Shown piece by piece: positions 28,194 to 39,797 of a stretch of DNA of 64,000 bases. The first letter of the stretch is position 1; the number at the start of each line of letters is the position of its first letter. The DNA lies in assembly GCA_052279835.1 (NCBI GenBank), contig CP181291.1, positions 1,312,001 through 1,376,000 on the forward strand. Reading direction: 5' to 3'. Both the position numbers and the translations under genes were made by a program. The notes beneath the pieces are model-generated. The model was not told the DNA's origin, did not search any database, and worked only from the letters and a program-made list of their open reading frames with translations. The DNA comes from Microcoleus sp. (lineage in GTDB: Bacteria > Cyanobacteriota > Cyanobacteriia > Cyanobacteriales > Microcoleaceae).

Positions 28194-28787
28194 ATGCCTA
28201 TTGGCGTTCCCAGCGTTCCGTACCGGCTTCCCGGCAGTAGCTACGAACAGTGGATCAATATTTACGAAAGGCTGTTTCGGGAGCGGATTATTTTCCTGTC
28301 AGAAGAAGTAGATGATGGCATTGCTAATGCGATCGTGGCTTATCTGCTGTACCTGGATTCGGAGGATCAGAGCAAACCTATTTACCTGTACATTAACTCT
28401 CCCGGCGGCTCGGTGACGGCGGGCATGGCAATCTACGATACCATGCAGCACATTAAATCTGAGGTAGTGACGATTTGTGTGGGTCTAGCGGCCTCGATGG
28501 GTTCTTTTTTACTCGCAGCAGGTACCAAGGGGAAACGAGTCGCTTTGCCAAACTCGCGGATTATGATTCACCAGCCTTCTGGGGGCACGCGGGGACAAGC
28601 GACGGATATCGAGATTGAGGCCAAAGAGATCGTCCGGATTCGCCATCAGTTGAATCAGATTTATGCAGCTCGGACTGGTCAGACTTTAGCCAAAATCGAA
28701 AAAGACATGGATCGGGACTATTTTATGTCTGCTCAGGAAGCCAAGGAATATGGTTTGATCGATCATGTGATTGAAGAACGTCCTTAA
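28194..28787 (+). CDS. clpP: ATP-dependent Clp protease proteolytic subunit (ClpP3 type)
   Basis: MPIGVP start, INSPGG, GLAASMG, IMIHQP, DRD triad intact. Confidence 0.97.
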   Translation: MPIGVPSVPYRLPGSSYEQWINIYERLFRERIIFLSEEVDDGIANAIVAYLLYLDSEDQSKPIYLYINSPGGSVTAGMAIYDTMQHIKSEVVTICVGLAASMGSFLLAAGTKGKRVALPNSRIMIHQPSGGTRGQATDIEIEAKEIVRIRHQLNQIYAARTGQTLAKIEKDMDRDYFMSAQEAKEYGLIDHVIEERP

Positions 28788-28792
28788 GTAAA

Positions 28793-28832
28793 GTTTTCCC
28801 TTCAGTAGTGCAGGCAATGCTGAAGGGAAAAC
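28793..28832 (+). terminator. Hairpin after clpP
   Basis: Perfect 13-bp stem GTTTTCCCTTCAG/CTGAAGGGAAAAC. Confidence 0.7.
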
Positions 28833-28917
28833 CTCGACCCGCAGTAAATTTTGGCAGAGTCTTTACTTTAAGGATTCTGCCATATTTAATGGTATTATTA
28901 ACGATGATTTATAGTAA

Positions 28918-29541
28918 ATGGATATTGCAGATTATTACCGACAGTTAGGACTCAGATCTGGTGCGAGTGTGTCGCAAGTTAAGGCGGCTTATAGACAACT
29001 AGCCAGACAGTATCACCCCGATGTAAATCCGGGCAACGAACAGGCGAAGAATAGGTTTATTGCGATTACTGAGGCTTATAAGTTTCTGGTGAATATTGCT
29101 CCCCCCGATGGGGAGTCGAAAGTTGCGAATGATACTAAGCAGACGGGGACGACATCGGCATCCCAGATGCCAAAAACTCAACCACAGAAAGTGAAAGTGA
29201 CTCGGAAAGCGTCGCCAATTGAAAATACCCAGGATTTGTCGGCAGCGGAAGAAAAGTTAAAGCAGGATGCTTATTTGCAGTTGCAGGAGTTGCTGAAGTA
29301 TCAGAGGTTCCCGCGGGCGATCGCCCTGGTGGAAGGTTTGGCACAGCGGATTCCCGATGATGTGGAAGTGCGTCAATGGCAGGCGATCGCCTATCAGCGT
29401 TGGGGAAGGCATTTAATTGGGGAAAAACAGGTTGATAAGGCGAGAATTTATTTAAAAAAGGCTGTGAAAACTGACCCTCACAATCGGGCTTTGTGGGCAG
29501 AAGTTGAGCGAGATTTTCGCAAGTTAGAACAGATTTATTGA
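28918..29541 (+). CDS. J-domain protein with a C-terminal TPR
   Basis: DYYRQLGL...AYRQLARQYHPD. Confidence 0.92.
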   Translation: MDIADYYRQLGLRSGASVSQVKAAYRQLARQYHPDVNPGNEQAKNRFIAITEAYKFLVNIAPPDGESKVANDTKQTGTTSASQMPKTQPQKVKVTRKASPIENTQDLSAAEEKLKQDAYLQLQELLKYQRFPRAIALVEGLAQRIPDDVEVRQWQAIAYQRWGRHLIGEKQVDKARIYLKKAVKTDPHNRALWAEVERDFRKLEQIY

Positions 29542-29574
29542 AGTTGGAAATTTAGTTGGGTTCTGTGCAGGTAA

Positions 29575-30468
29575 TCAAAGGCTTATAGTTTTGAGTTTTT
29601 CGAGAATAACTTGAGTATTTTTAGGTCTTTTTTCCGGCAGGGGTTCCATTAATTCGTCTAGAAAATATGGTAACAAACCTTCCAGTTGCACCGCAGGATT
29701 TCTCCAATTAATTTTACCAGTTGTGTCATCTGTCGGAAAGTCGATCGGCGGTGTACCTGTTAGTAAATGTACAAAAGTACGTCCCAGGGCAAAAAAGTCC
29801 GATCGCACTTCAGCTTTACCTAGAATTTGTTCCGGGGCGGAATATCCGGGCGAACCTATAGGCGTTGTATCAATCCCCGCTTCTCCCACAGCCCCAAAAT
29901 CAATTAGTCTCAATTTGCCATCGGGTTGCAACATCAGGTTTGATGGCTTAATATCTCGATGTACTATATTATATTGGTGAATTTTGTGTAAAATATGCGT
30001 CAGTTTGGTGAGCCAATCAAGGGCTAGTTTGGGAGATATATGGTGGTTTTTCTTGAAGAATGCTGCTAAAGTTTCCCCCTCGATTTTTTCCATCACTAAA
30101 CAGGACAATTTCTGAGATTGGTGGGGTATTTTTATAGTAAAATATCCGTCAGGTTCAACTTGGGGAATTCCGGTATTTCCTGCTAGCCAAATTAAGGTTC
30201 GCGCTTCCTGTTTGAATAATCGGATTAAAGTGGGATGATGAGTATATTTCAATAGTTTTAAAATTTTGAGAGTACCCCATTGGTTTTCTTCGGTTCCCCA
30301 ATCTGCAACTGCATAAATTTCTGTAGGGAGTGCTGGATTGGTCGATCGCACTGGGTGGATGATACGATAGCGATCGGCAATCAATAAAGCCGTCCCGCAA
30401 CTGTGACAATTTTGAGCTCGATCGCAATTCTCACGGGTTTTGCACTTGGGATTGATGCAGTAACTCAT
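29575..30468 (-). CDS. Ser/Thr protein kinase with a 4-Cys N-terminal prefix
   Basis: MSYCINPKC...CHSCG, HRDIKPSN, DFG, APE. Confidence 0.92.
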   Translation of the reverse strand: MSYCINPKCKTRENCDRAQNCHSCGTALLIADRYRIIHPVRSTNPALPTEIYAVADWGTEENQWGTLKILKLLKYTHHPTLIRLFKQEARTLIWLAGNTGIPQVEPDGYFTIKIPHQSQKLSCLVMEKIEGETLAAFFKKNHHISPKLALDWLTKLTHILHKIHQYNIVHRDIKPSNLMLQPDGKLRLIDFGAVGEAGIDTTPIGSPGYSAPEQILGKAEVRSDFFALGRTFVHLLTGTPPIDFPTDDTTGKINWRNPAVQLEGLLPYFLDELMEPLPEKRPKNTQVILEKLKTISL

Positions 30469-30477
30469 TTGAAGAAG

Positions 30478-30516
30478 TTATTGGTTATTGGTTATTGGTT
30501 ATTGGTTATTTGTTAT
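30478..30516. repeat. STRR (TTATTGG)n
   Basis: About five tandem heptamers. Confidence 0.85.
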
Positions 30517-30851
30517 GAATATAACGACAAGTTTTTGATTTTTTGGTAGCACCCGCAGGCTGTGCCACTGCTGGCTTAACAATGTAGTCTTCTAGCCAAA
30601 GTGTAGTAAATTTAACTGTTTTTGACGGCTCGGACTATTCCTAAAGATAGATGGCAGAATACCTCTTGCGACCAATGGCAACATAACTAAACATTTCTTA
30701 ACATATAGAAAACAAAGGGAATGGTAGGAAAGGTTAATCGTCCTTCAGCCCTTGGGTGCTAGGTTTAACCGGATTTTTCTGGGTAAGACACTCTCCAGCT
30801 AACAGGTGAGTGTCTGGAGAGTTGAGAGTGTCAAAAACAAGGGCTAAATCA

Positions 30852-31127
30852 ATGAATCAGCAGCAAAACTCAGCAGTTTCAGAATTTTTGCCAATGCTTC
30901 AAAAAGGTATTTGGCTGTTTGGTATTATCTCTTGGATATTCGGGCTGACAGATAGAAGTATTGCACTATTAGCAGATGGATATTTATCGGCGATCGATAT
31001 TGTCCAGCTATTTACAGCTTCATTCTTCTTTGTGAGTTGGTTGCTTTTAAGTCCCTTTCTGAGTGTGAACGCACCCAGAGTATTGAAAGTAAAAAACAGC
31101 ACACAGAATATAGAAATAGCTCAATAG
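30852..31127 (+). CDS. Small membrane protein
   Basis: Two hydrophobic segments; likely start MNQQQN. Confidence 0.7.
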   Translation: MNQQQNSAVSEFLPMLQKGIWLFGIISWIFGLTDRSIALLADGYLSAIDIVQLFTASFFFVSWLLLSPFLSVNAPRVLKVKNSTQNIEIAQ

Positions 31128-31130
31128 TTT

Positions 31131-32024
31131 TTAAGTAGGAATGTCTGTTTTGCTATCGCTAGTTTGTTCTTGGGATGCAAACCGGGTGGGCCAAATGCGA
31201 TCGCAAAAAAACAAAGTGCCGGCAGTCACACATAGGGGAATAGCCAACAGGTTCAACAGCGGAATACTTACTAAACCAAAACAAACTAAACCAAAACTGC
31301 CACTAGCGGGCAAACTTCCGCGAAGGATCTCTAATTTTTCTTTAAAAGGTCGCCTGCGCCTTTCTAAAGGTGCATCTAAAAAGTCTAAACAGACAAGAGT
31401 TGCTCCCAAAGCTACTCCTCCTAAACTGCCTAAAATAGAGCCGACACCAGGGATAAAATTCAGAACTAGGAGTGGTATGCCGAAGCTAAACAAAATTTGT
31501 AATTTTCTGAATTCAAAGGCGATCGCCCTTTTGATATCCTGAAAAATGCTAGTCAAACTCATGGGTGCTTCTGCGGGCAATTGACCGTTACGCAGGAGTT
31601 CCAGTTGTTGAGATAATTCGCCGTACCAAGGGGAACCCAAAATCACGCCAAATTGTACTAATAAAAATCCAATGATTAGCAAAAGTCCTGCTACTAGGAG
31701 TATGCGTAACAACCAGCCAAAAGCGATGGTTAAGACGGCGAGAAAACTGAGCCACTGGGGCAAGTTAGCAATTAATGTATGAAAGCGGAGAGACAAGTCG
31801 GCAACTAAAAGGTCTATTCCTGACAAACTGGGAAATAGTAATCCTAAATAAAGACTGATACCAATTAAAAAATTTAGCACTACTGGAATTAATACATAAC
31901 CCCAGAGCTTGGGTGTTTGCCAAAGCAGTGTGAAAGCTCGCAGAGGATAGGTGAAACCAGCCAGAAGTCCGATGGGCGCGCTGATGGCGGTGGGGGCGGG
32001 ATTAGAATTGAGCTGCTGAGACAT
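31131..32024 (-). CDS. EI24/CysZ-like membrane protein
   Basis: GFTYPLRAF, ILGSPWYGELS, CLDFLDAPLERRR. Confidence 0.88.
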   Translation of the reverse strand: MSQQLNSNPAPTAISAPIGLLAGFTYPLRAFTLLWQTPKLWGYVLIPVVLNFLIGISLYLGLLFPSLSGIDLLVADLSLRFHTLIANLPQWLSFLAVLTIAFGWLLRILLVAGLLLIIGFLLVQFGVILGSPWYGELSQQLELLRNGQLPAEAPMSLTSIFQDIKRAIAFEFRKLQILFSFGIPLLVLNFIPGVGSILGSLGGVALGATLVCLDFLDAPLERRRRPFKEKLEILRGSLPASGSFGLVCFGLVSIPLLNLLAIPLCVTAGTLFFCDRIWPTRFASQEQTSDSKTDIPT

Positions 32025-32126
32025 ATAGAAGAAGGAATAAGGAAGAAGGAAGTTGGCTTGATTTATCTAGGAGCGTCACTTTCTATTATTATTACGTATG
32101 AGGATTTATTGTAGGTAGCCCCAAAA

Positions 32127-32876
32127 GTGAAGCTTTTTATTTACCATACCCCGGAACTTACCCCAACGGACAAAATGCCAGCCTGTGCGATCGCCGTTGA
32201 CGTGTTGCGGGCGACTACGACAATGGCAACTGCGCTCAACAATGGGGCGGAAGCTGTGCAAGTTTTCAGCGGCTTAGAGCAACTGATGGGGGAGAGCGAA
32301 AAATGGCCGGCAGACAAGCGCATTCGGGCCGGAGAGCGTGGCGGTGCGAAAGTTGACGGATTTGATATGGGGAATTCTCCCCTCGACTGCACCCCAGAAA
32401 ATGTGACGGGGAAGCGAATTTTTATTAGTACAACTAATGGTACTCGCGCTCTCCAAAGGGTGCAAACTGCGCCGATAGTTTTAACAGCGGCTTTGATTAA
32501 TCGGCAAGCTGTGGTGGAGTTTTTGTTAGATAAACAGCCGGAAACTATTGGGATAGTTGGTTCGGGTTGGGAAGGAAGTTATTCCTTGGAAGATAGTGTT
32601 TGTGCGGGAGCGATCGCCCACAGCCTCTTGACAAAAACTGGTATTCCTGCTACTGATTTTGCGGGTAACGATGAAGTATTTGCAGCAATGGCGTTGTATC
32701 TCCAGTGGGAAAATCAATTGCATCAATTGCTAAAATCTGCTAGTCATGGTCAAAGACTGCTGCGTTTAGGAGTGATTGAAGATTTGAAATATTGCTCGCA
32801 AATCGATATTTTAGATGTGCTGCCAATGCAGCGAGAACCGGGAGTTTTGGTGAAGTCGGATGGGAAGATTTCCTAA
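32127..32876 (+). CDS. comB: 2-phosphosulfolactate phosphatase family protein
   Basis: [34 protein letters not shown]. Confidence 0.93.
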   Translation: MKLFIYHTPELTPTDKMPACAIAVDVLRATTTMATALNNGAEAVQVFSGLEQLMGESEKWPADKRIRAGERGGAKVDGFDMGNSPLDCTPENVTGKRIFISTTNGTRALQRVQTAPIVLTAALINRQAVVEFLLDKQPETIGIVGSGWEGSYSLEDSVCAGAIAHSLLTKTGIPATDFAGNDEVFAAMALYLQWENQLHQLLKSASHGQRLLRLGVIEDLKYCSQIDILDVLPMQREPGVLVKSDGKIS

Positions 32877-32913
32877 ATAAATAAGACGGAAATCAAGACT
32901 AATTTCCTGACGG

Positions 32914-34287
32914 CTAATCATCAGAAAAGCGCTGAATTAAACATTGGGCAATCCGTCGCGCTGCACCGGGTTTTCCCATGCGGCGCTTGCCATTTTCATC
33001 AATTAGCTGTAATCGGTCTGGATGGTTGAACAAAAACTGGATGGTGCTGGCAACTTCACGGGGATGGTTAACTAAAATTAGGGATGGCCCTAGGAGGCGA
33101 CTTTGCGCTTCGGCAAAAGCTGGTGTAAATTGGGGACCGGTGCCGTTGATGGCGATCGCCGGTTTTCCTAAACCTACAAATTGTTCTGTAGCGGTGCCGG
33201 CCATCGCCACGGCTACATCGGCTTCATACAAATAATCGTTAAAATTGTGCTGACTCAAAATCATGGTTGCTTGTTTCTGCACAAAGGTCAAAGGGAATAG
33301 GAAATTGGGAGATTCCTGGTTGATTTCTTGGCTAGGAGATACAGGAGGTCGCAAAATACTTCCTTCTCGCTGTTGGGTTCTAGTTTCGCCGTCTAGATTC
33401 CAGCCGAATAATTCTACTATGGAGCGCAGGGCTTCTAAATTTAATTCTGGGGAAATGGCTCCTAAAAATAGCAGTTTGCGATCGCCAAAAGTAGATAAAA
33501 TACCCGTTACAGCCTCTAGAATTAGCTGCCAATTAGCGTAAGCTTCCGGGGCTCTAGAACCGGGTAGTAAAGCGATCGCGAGCGATCGAGACCTTTGGCG
33601 AAACTCCGCGCCACCTGCGTAAAATCCGCGGGCTGAGTTTTCCGGTGTCAAGGCATCCATCATCGGATTTCCGAGATTGTAAGCGGGAATGCCTAATTTT
33701 TCCAAGGTCTCGGCCGTCAGGGCATCCCTAGGAAAAACGGCCCGACAGCGCCTTCTAGTCATCAGCCAGCGCTCCCAAGGCAAATAAACCGAGCCCGACC
33801 AAGCCTCCCAACTAAGACGTGGGGACGGGCCATTCACAGGCCCGTTTTCGTCTCGTAGATAATACTCAGACTTGGCGGTACCGACAAAGGCATAGGGGGC
33901 ACCACTGAGCCAAGCAAACAGCAGTGGTACGATATCTCCGACTGCTAAAATAACGGCGTTTTGATTTCCCGACTGTTGGTGCGATCGCACCCAAGCACGG
34001 ATGGCTTTAAATTGAGCGATGGTAAGTTGCAGCAAGCCGCCTTTGATGTCGCGCAAAAACTCCCTTCCGTCCATGTAGATAAAGCCGCCAGAAGGCATCC
34101 GCTGCACCGGGCCGATGACGCGGGCGTTGTGCAGTTTCGCGAAAGCTTGCCCTTCGCCTACCAGTGGAAATACTGATAATTCTGGTGGATGTGGCTGCTG
34201 TTGCAGTTCCTGTAAGATGCGAAGGGCGATCGCGTCTTCTCCGTGACCGTTACTAAGGCAAAGTAATTTCAATCCTAAAACTCTCAA
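32914..34287 (-). CDS. Lipid-A-disaccharide synthase-related protein
   Basis: LSNGHGED, PSGGF, GTAKSEYY, LLPGSRAPE, MAGTATEQ. Confidence 0.88.
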   Translation of the reverse strand: MRVLGLKLLCLSNGHGEDAIALRILQELQQQPHPPELSVFPLVGEGQAFAKLHNARVIGPVQRMPSGGFIYMDGREFLRDIKGGLLQLTIAQFKAIRAWVRSHQQSGNQNAVILAVGDIVPLLFAWLSGAPYAFVGTAKSEYYLRDENGPVNGPSPRLSWEAWSGSVYLPWERWLMTRRRCRAVFPRDALTAETLEKLGIPAYNLGNPMMDALTPENSARGFYAGGAEFRQRSRSLAIALLPGSRAPEAYANWQLILEAVTGILSTFGDRKLLFLGAISPELNLEALRSIVELFGWNLDGETRTQQREGSILRPPVSPSQEINQESPNFLFPLTFVQKQATMILSQHNFNDYLYEADVAVAMAGTATEQFVGLGKPAIAINGTGPQFTPAFAEAQSRLLGPSLILVNHPREVASTIQFLFNHPDRLQLIDENGKRRMGKPGAARRIAQCLIQRFSDD

Positions 34288-34324
34288 AAATTATATTATA
34301 CTAATAAATGTCAACTAATAACTG

Positions 34325-37300
34325 TTAACTAATAACGGTCTCTACACCCTCAATATATTGCTTTAAAAGACTCCGAATTTGTTTAAGTCCAAATTTCTTA
34401 GCCAGTTGGCGGACGCGACTAACCAGCGATATTAACTTCGGCTCTAAACTTTCGAGCTTAACCGCCTCATCAAAAATTCCTTCGATGTCACCCATAGCTG
34501 CTAATTTTAACATTCTCGCGACAGACTCAGCAACGGGAGGTAATAAAGTAGAGTAAGTTGGCAACTCAGATTTGGGTGATACACTTGCAGTTTTTCGCTG
34601 TTTGCTTTCCAAAAAGTCCTCGTAAATCCATTCTAGTCCCAAATGTAAGCCCAACTGTTCTAAAAAGTGATGTGCTTCGATGGGCTTGGGCATAAAATAA
34701 TCGCAGCCAGCTAGTAGACTCTCTTGTTGCGTCTTCTCAAAAGCACTAGCTGACAGGGCAATTAAGACTACATCTTTTAATTCAGGTGACTGACGCACTC
34801 GTCGCGCAGTTTCCAAGCCGTCCATAACCGGCATCAGCAAATCCATTAAAATGACATTTGGTTTAAATTCAACTGCTTTGTGGAGGCATTCTTGACCGTT
34901 TTCTGCTTCAGCAATTTCAAACCCCAAACGGGAAAGCAGCTTGGATAACATAGAGCGATTTAATTGATTGTCATCCACGATTAGCACTTTGCGCTTGTCG
35001 CCCACAAAGCCCACCAGCCAACGTTTTTCCTGCAAACTAGCCACTTCTAAGTAGGGTTTTGGTGCGGCAAACTCTAAGTCTAGCCAAAAAATGCTGCCTT
35101 GGCCTAAAGTGCTTTTAACTTTAATTTCGCTACCCATTAGTTTGGCTAATTTGCGGCTAATTGAAAGTCCCAGACCTGTACCTTCAACAAATCTGTTGGT
35201 CCCTACTTGCTGGAAGGGCAAAAATATTTCTTCTAACTTACTTGAGTCTATTCCCGTGCCAGTATCTTCGACTTGAAATCGAATTTTGAGAGCGTGTTTA
35301 TCGGGAATTAAATTTTGGCAGAAGCGCAGATAATTCTGTTTCAGTTCCGAACTCAAAGTCGAGAGTTCCGTGTTTTTTCCTTGTCCCCGCCTCCAGGCCT
35401 CAGTGCCGACATACCCGACTTTGAAAGTGACTCGACCACTGTTAGTAAATTTCACAGCATTTCCCAGTAAATTTATGAGAATTTGACGCAATCTTTTTTC
35501 ATCAATATAGACTGATTGAGGCAGGGGAGATACTTGTTCGTAACTAAATTCAATATCTTTTTGGGATGCTCGCATTTGAAACAGATCGGCAAGGTTTTTA
35601 ATAAATTTAGAAAAATTTAACTCGGTGGGGTAGAGTTCCATTTTCTTGGCTTCGATTTTGGAAAGGTCTAAAACATCTTCGATCAGCATTAGTAGATGTT
35701 GGCCACATTGTTGAATGTTGTTGAGGCTTTCTTGATGATCGGGGCTTAAAGTTTTATCTGTTTTGAGGATTTGAGCGTAACCTAAAACGCCGTTTAAGGG
35801 TGTGCGAAGTTCGTGGCTCATGTTGGCGAGAAATTCGCTTTTGGCGCGATTGGCTGTTTCTGCGACTAATGCGGCTTTTTGGAGGGCTGCTTCTGCTTGT
35901 TTGCGATCGGCTATTTCGGTTTGTGCTTGTTGAAATAGTGTGGATTGCTGAATGGCGATGGCTAATTGCACGCACAATTGTCTGAGGGATTCTATGTCTG
36001 AGGATTCCCAAGAACGCGATCCGTTGCAATCGTAGGCGATCAGCAGTCCCCAGAGTGGATTTTCGGTGGTAGTTTTAGGGTAGGAAAAATTTTCTCCGGC
36101 TTTTAAAATGGGGACTATTAATTCAGCTTTGACTTCAAATTGATTCAGAAAATTTATGTAGGGTTCGCTCAAATTTTCCTGATGGATATTTTCTATAGAG
36201 CGCACCCAACCTTGTTGGTAAAGCTCAACAAAATTTGCTGCAAAGCAGGGGTATGGGATGTTTAGATCCCTTAGTGGCGTGCAGTTTTGGTCAAGGGACT
36301 CGACCACTACAAGACCGCTCCAGTCTGGATTGAAGCGGTAAATAACTGTGCGGTCTGTTTGTAATAATTGTCGCACTTGTTCGACGGCTGTGGTGAGTAT
36401 TTCTTCTAAATTGAGGGAGGAACGAATGCGATCGAGCATCGCGACTACCAGCCGTTCTCGTCTTAATTGTTGTACCAATGCCTTTTCGGCTTGTTTGCGT
36501 TCGGTGATATCGGTAATTACTCCTACTAACCCGATTAAATTTCCTGTTTCATCTTTAATACTATCGGCTCGAAATAGAGTTGGTACGAGTTCGTTATTTT
36601 TAGTTTTGATTTTGATTTCGCCTTTCCAAGGTTGGCCTTTACGCAGGATTTTAAAGATTTCTAATAATACGTGATTTTTTGGGTAAATAACTATTGCTCC
36701 ACCAGCTTGATTTAGTTCTGCCACTGTGTAACCGTACCGCTGAATAAAGGCTTGGTTATGATAGATCGATCGCCCTTTGAGGTCAGCAATGACGATCGCA
36801 TCGCTGGTACTTTCGACGGCTTGAGTAACGCGGAGTAGGTCTAATTCTGCTTGTTTGCGATCGCTAATATCAGTAATAGTACCCACATAGCCTTTAATTT
36901 CGCCACCATCTCCGATTTCCGCTACTGCTTGACCGATAACCCAACTGACAGCACCGTCTGGACGCAAAAAGCGATATTCTGATTTAAAAGGAACTCGATC
37001 GATTACAGCCTGATACCATTGAGTGTTGACTCGCTCCACGTCATCTGGATGTACGGCATTCAACCAGCCTGTGTCTGCTGCTAATTCCGCGTCCACACCC
37101 GTGATTTCACTCCATCGTTGATTCACATAAAGGAAATTTCCCAAAGTGTCCGTATGAAATATACAAACTGGCGATGCTTCTGCTAAAGTTTGGTAGCGGA
37201 GCTGACTGGCTCGCAGGGCTGATTCGGCTTGTTTTCTCTTAGTAATATCGCGAACTATGGAAATTATCTCGCCACCTGCCAGCATTGTCAGTGATACTTC

Positions 37301-39541
37301 TTGAGGGAAAGTAGTACCGTCTAGGCGCTGGCCAGTAGCTTCTATATGGCAATATCCTTTTTCTTGAATTGCGGGCATTATTTGGGTGTCAAACTGTTGA
37401 TATTCCGAGGATGTATAGAGCATCTTCCAGTTTTTTCCCAACAAGTCAGATTGTCGAGAAAATCCATACATTTTCAGATAAGCGTGATTTGAATAAATAT
37501 ATTCTTCACGAGAATTGAGGATGGCGATACCGTCATAAGCAGCGGCTATTGCTACTGCTTGCCGCTGGAGTGTGGACTCTACTTGTTTGCGTGAGGTGAT
37601 GTCGCGACCAACTGCATAAATTAAACCTTCTTGGCTAAATGGTGAGGCAGTCCAGAGCAACCATTTGTAAGAACCATCTTTGCAGAGATAGCGATTTTCA
37701 AAGTAAAAAGTGGGAATACCAGCCATTAATTTTTTGACTTCAGCAGCGCTGGCTTCTCGATCGTCTGGATGAACAAAATCCAGGACTGGCTGGGCGAGAA
37801 GTTCAGCAATACTGTAGCCTAGGGCTGTTGACCAGGCTGGGTTTAAGCGTTTGAAATAACCGTCAAAATCCAGAATACAAAGCAAGTCTAAGGAGATGGT
37901 AAAGAAGCGATCGCGCTCTGCTTGGGCCTGCTTCAATTCAGTAATATCAATCACTAAACCATCCCAGATAATCTCAGATTTGCTCCCAGATTTTGAAGGA
38001 TTATTCAGTATTTCCGGTCTCGAACATCCTTGGAGCCACTTAACTTTTCCTGATGGCAAAATGTGCCGCCACTGTTGCTGCCAGGGCTGCATAGTGGTGG
38101 CGGAAATGGCGATGGATTCTTCTATCTTTGAGATATCTTCTGCATGAATTCTGTTAAAAATTAATTCGGAATTTTCCTGTATTACTTCTGGCTCTAGTTC
38201 GTAGAGTTCGCGACAACCACAAGATACATAAGGAAAAGATTTTTTTCCCTGGGATGAGAGTTTAAATTGATAAATGGCTCCGGGTAGGTTGGCAACAAGT
38301 CTTTGAAATCTAGCTTCGCTTTTTTCTAGGGCTATTTGTTGAAGTCTGTATTCAGTGATATCTCGAATTGTACCTACTAATATTTTACTGCCGTCTGTTT
38401 TTTTGAAGACTGTTTTTTTGGTAGAAACAATGTGTTTTTTTCCAGTGACATCGGTAAAATTTTCTTCGGTTTCGTTAGGAATGTCAGTATGCAATACTTC
38501 TTCATCTTTTTTCCAAAAAAACTCAGCTTCAGCTAGGGGGAAAAAGTCATAATCGGATTTACCGATAAGTTCTTCTCGTGGTTTGCCGATCAACTCACAA
38601 AAAGCATCGTTTAAAATCATCCAGCGATGTTGCTCGTCTTTGACAAAAATTGGATCGGGAATGACATTGATAGTGTGGTTTAAAAATTGCTCGGATGCTT
38701 TTAGTTGGGATTCGTATCGGTAGCGATCGCTCACGTCCAAGACTACTTTAATCATCCGATCGATCGACCCATCCCGACGACGAATACAGCGGAGAGAAAC
38801 TCGCGTGTAAACTATTCCCCCGTCTTTTCTCACCCACTTTTTATCGGAGATGTACCCGTCGCTCGTACCTGCTAAAATTTGAGATAATTGTTCAATGTTA
38901 TTGCTATAGTCCTCTGGATGAGTCAAGTCCAACCAGTTTTTTTCTATGAGTTCGTCACGCTCATAGCCCAGCAAATTGCACAAAGCATCGTTAGTTTCGA
39001 TCCAGTTAAAGTTTTCAGAAATGGCTGGTTCAATAATTGGAGCAACGATGGCAATTCCAATCAGAGAATTTTCAACTACAGAACGATATTTTTCTTCGCT
39101 TTTTCGCAAAGCATCTTGACTGTTTTGGCGCTCGATGGCGTAGCGGAGCGATCGCATTAAAAGTTCGCCATCTATTTTTCTTTTTACTAAATAATCCTGT
39201 ACGCCCACGGAGATTAACCGCAGTGCAAGTTCCTGGTCATTTTGACCTGTCAGCACCACAATTGGCACACTGACACCATGCTGTTGTATGCTAGTTACTG
39301 TCTCAATGCCCCGACTGTCTGGCAGTGAAAGGTCTAATAAAATTATGTCAAATTTTTCTTGATTCAAATGGAGTATTGCTTCACTGAGGCGCTCTACTTT
39401 TGTGAGCGATATCTGCTGTGCATCGCTATCGCTCATTCCTGACAGCAAATCTTCAATCAATTCTGCTTCATAAGCATTGTCTTCCACCAACAACACTTTA
39501 AAGCAGGTAGGAGGTAAAGATAAGTCAAAAACTGCTTTCAT
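34325..39541 (-). CDS. Hybrid histidine kinase REC-PAS(x7)-GAF-HisKA-HATPase-REC
   Basis: LLDLSLPD, seven PAS/PAC units, [45 protein letters not shown]. Confidence 0.95.
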   Translation of the reverse strand: MKAVFDLSLPPTCFKVLLVEDNAYEAELIEDLLSGMSDSDAQQISLTKVERLSEAILHLNQEKFDIILLDLSLPDSRGIETVTSIQQHGVSVPIVVLTGQNDQELALRLISVGVQDYLVKRKIDGELLMRSLRYAIERQNSQDALRKSEEKYRSVVENSLIGIAIVAPIIEPAISENFNWIETNDALCNLLGYERDELIEKNWLDLTHPEDYSNNIEQLSQILAGTSDGYISDKKWVRKDGGIVYTRVSLRCIRRRDGSIDRMIKVVLDVSDRYRYESQLKASEQFLNHTINVIPDPIFVKDEQHRWMILNDAFCELIGKPREELIGKSDYDFFPLAEAEFFWKKDEEVLHTDIPNETEENFTDVTGKKHIVSTKKTVFKKTDGSKILVGTIRDITEYRLQQIALEKSEARFQRLVANLPGAIYQFKLSSQGKKSFPYVSCGCRELYELEPEVIQENSELIFNRIHAEDISKIEESIAISATTMQPWQQQWRHILPSGKVKWLQGCSRPEILNNPSKSGSKSEIIWDGLVIDITELKQAQAERDRFFTISLDLLCILDFDGYFKRLNPAWSTALGYSIAELLAQPVLDFVHPDDREASAAEVKKLMAGIPTFYFENRYLCKDGSYKWLLWTASPFSQEGLIYAVGRDITSRKQVESTLQRQAVAIAAAYDGIAILNSREEYIYSNHAYLKMYGFSRQSDLLGKNWKMLYTSSEYQQFDTQIMPAIQEKGYCHIEATGQRLDGTTFPQEVSLTMLAGGEIISIVRDITKRKQAESALRASQLRYQTLAEASPVCIFHTDTLGNFLYVNQRWSEITGVDAELAADTGWLNAVHPDDVERVNTQWYQAVIDRVPFKSEYRFLRPDGAVSWVIGQAVAEIGDGGEIKGYVGTITDISDRKQAELDLLRVTQAVESTSDAIVIADLKGRSIYHNQAFIQRYGYTVAELNQAGGAIVIYPKNHVLLEIFKILRKGQPWKGEIKIKTKNNELVPTLFRADSIKDETGNLIGLVGVITDITERKQAEKALVQQLRRERLVVAMLDRIRSSLNLEEILTTAVEQVRQLLQTDRTVIYRFNPDWSGLVVVESLDQNCTPLRDLNIPYPCFAANFVELYQQGWVRSIENIHQENLSEPYINFLNQFEVKAELIVPILKAGENFSYPKTTTENPLWGLLIAYDCNGSRSWESSDIESLRQLCVQLAIAIQQSTLFQQAQTEIADRKQAEAALQKAALVAETANRAKSEFLANMSHELRTPLNGVLGYAQILKTDKTLSPDHQESLNNIQQCGQHLLMLIEDVLDLSKIEAKKMELYPTELNFSKFIKNLADLFQMRASQKDIEFSYEQVSPLPQSVYIDEKRLRQILINLLGNAVKFTNSGRVTFKVGYVGTEAWRRGQGKNTELSTLSSELKQNYLRFCQNLIPDKHALKIRFQVEDTGTGIDSSKLEEIFLPFQQVGTNRFVEGTGLGLSISRKLAKLMGSEIKVKSTLGQGSIFWLDLEFAAPKPYLEVASLQEKRWLVGFVGDKRKVLIVDDNQLNRSMLSKLLSRLGFEIAEAENGQECLHKAVEFKPNVILMDLLMPVMDGLETARRVRQSPELKDVVLIALSASAFEKTQQESLLAGCDYFMPKPIEAHHFLEQLGLHLGLEWIYEDFLESKQRKTASVSPKSELPTYSTLLPPVAESVARMLKLAAMGDIEGIFDEAVKLESLEPKLISLVSRVRQLAKKFGLKQIRSLLKQYIEGVETVIS

Positions 39542-39620
39542 AATAGTTAGTTATTAATCTAAAGATTATTGGTAAACCTAACTTGGATTGCACCTTTGTT
39601 GAGGAAGGTATTTACTAAAT

Positions 39621-39636
39621 TGTAGCTACACATACA
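39621..39636. promoter_or_regulatory. Candidate NtcA box
   Basis: TGTA-GCTACACA-TACA, 80 bp upstream of the hybrid kinase; no clear -10 at canonical spacing. Confidence 0.45.
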
Positions 39637-39797
39637 TTACTATTAGAATGGCAGTGCAATGTCAGGCTATAAAAAATCTTGAAGCCAGACAATTATATCA
39701 TAAACTAACCGTGATGTCAACGCACTTTTTTTTCCTAACTTGTTACTTTAGTAACTGACCAAAAAGTTGTTTTTTTATTTAATCCAAATAATAAAAA

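Noticed and set aside
29575..30468. Kinase as a pseudokinase because it lacks the Gly-rich loop
   Set aside because: Lys, HRD, DFG and APE motifs are intact; sequence alone does not support inactivity
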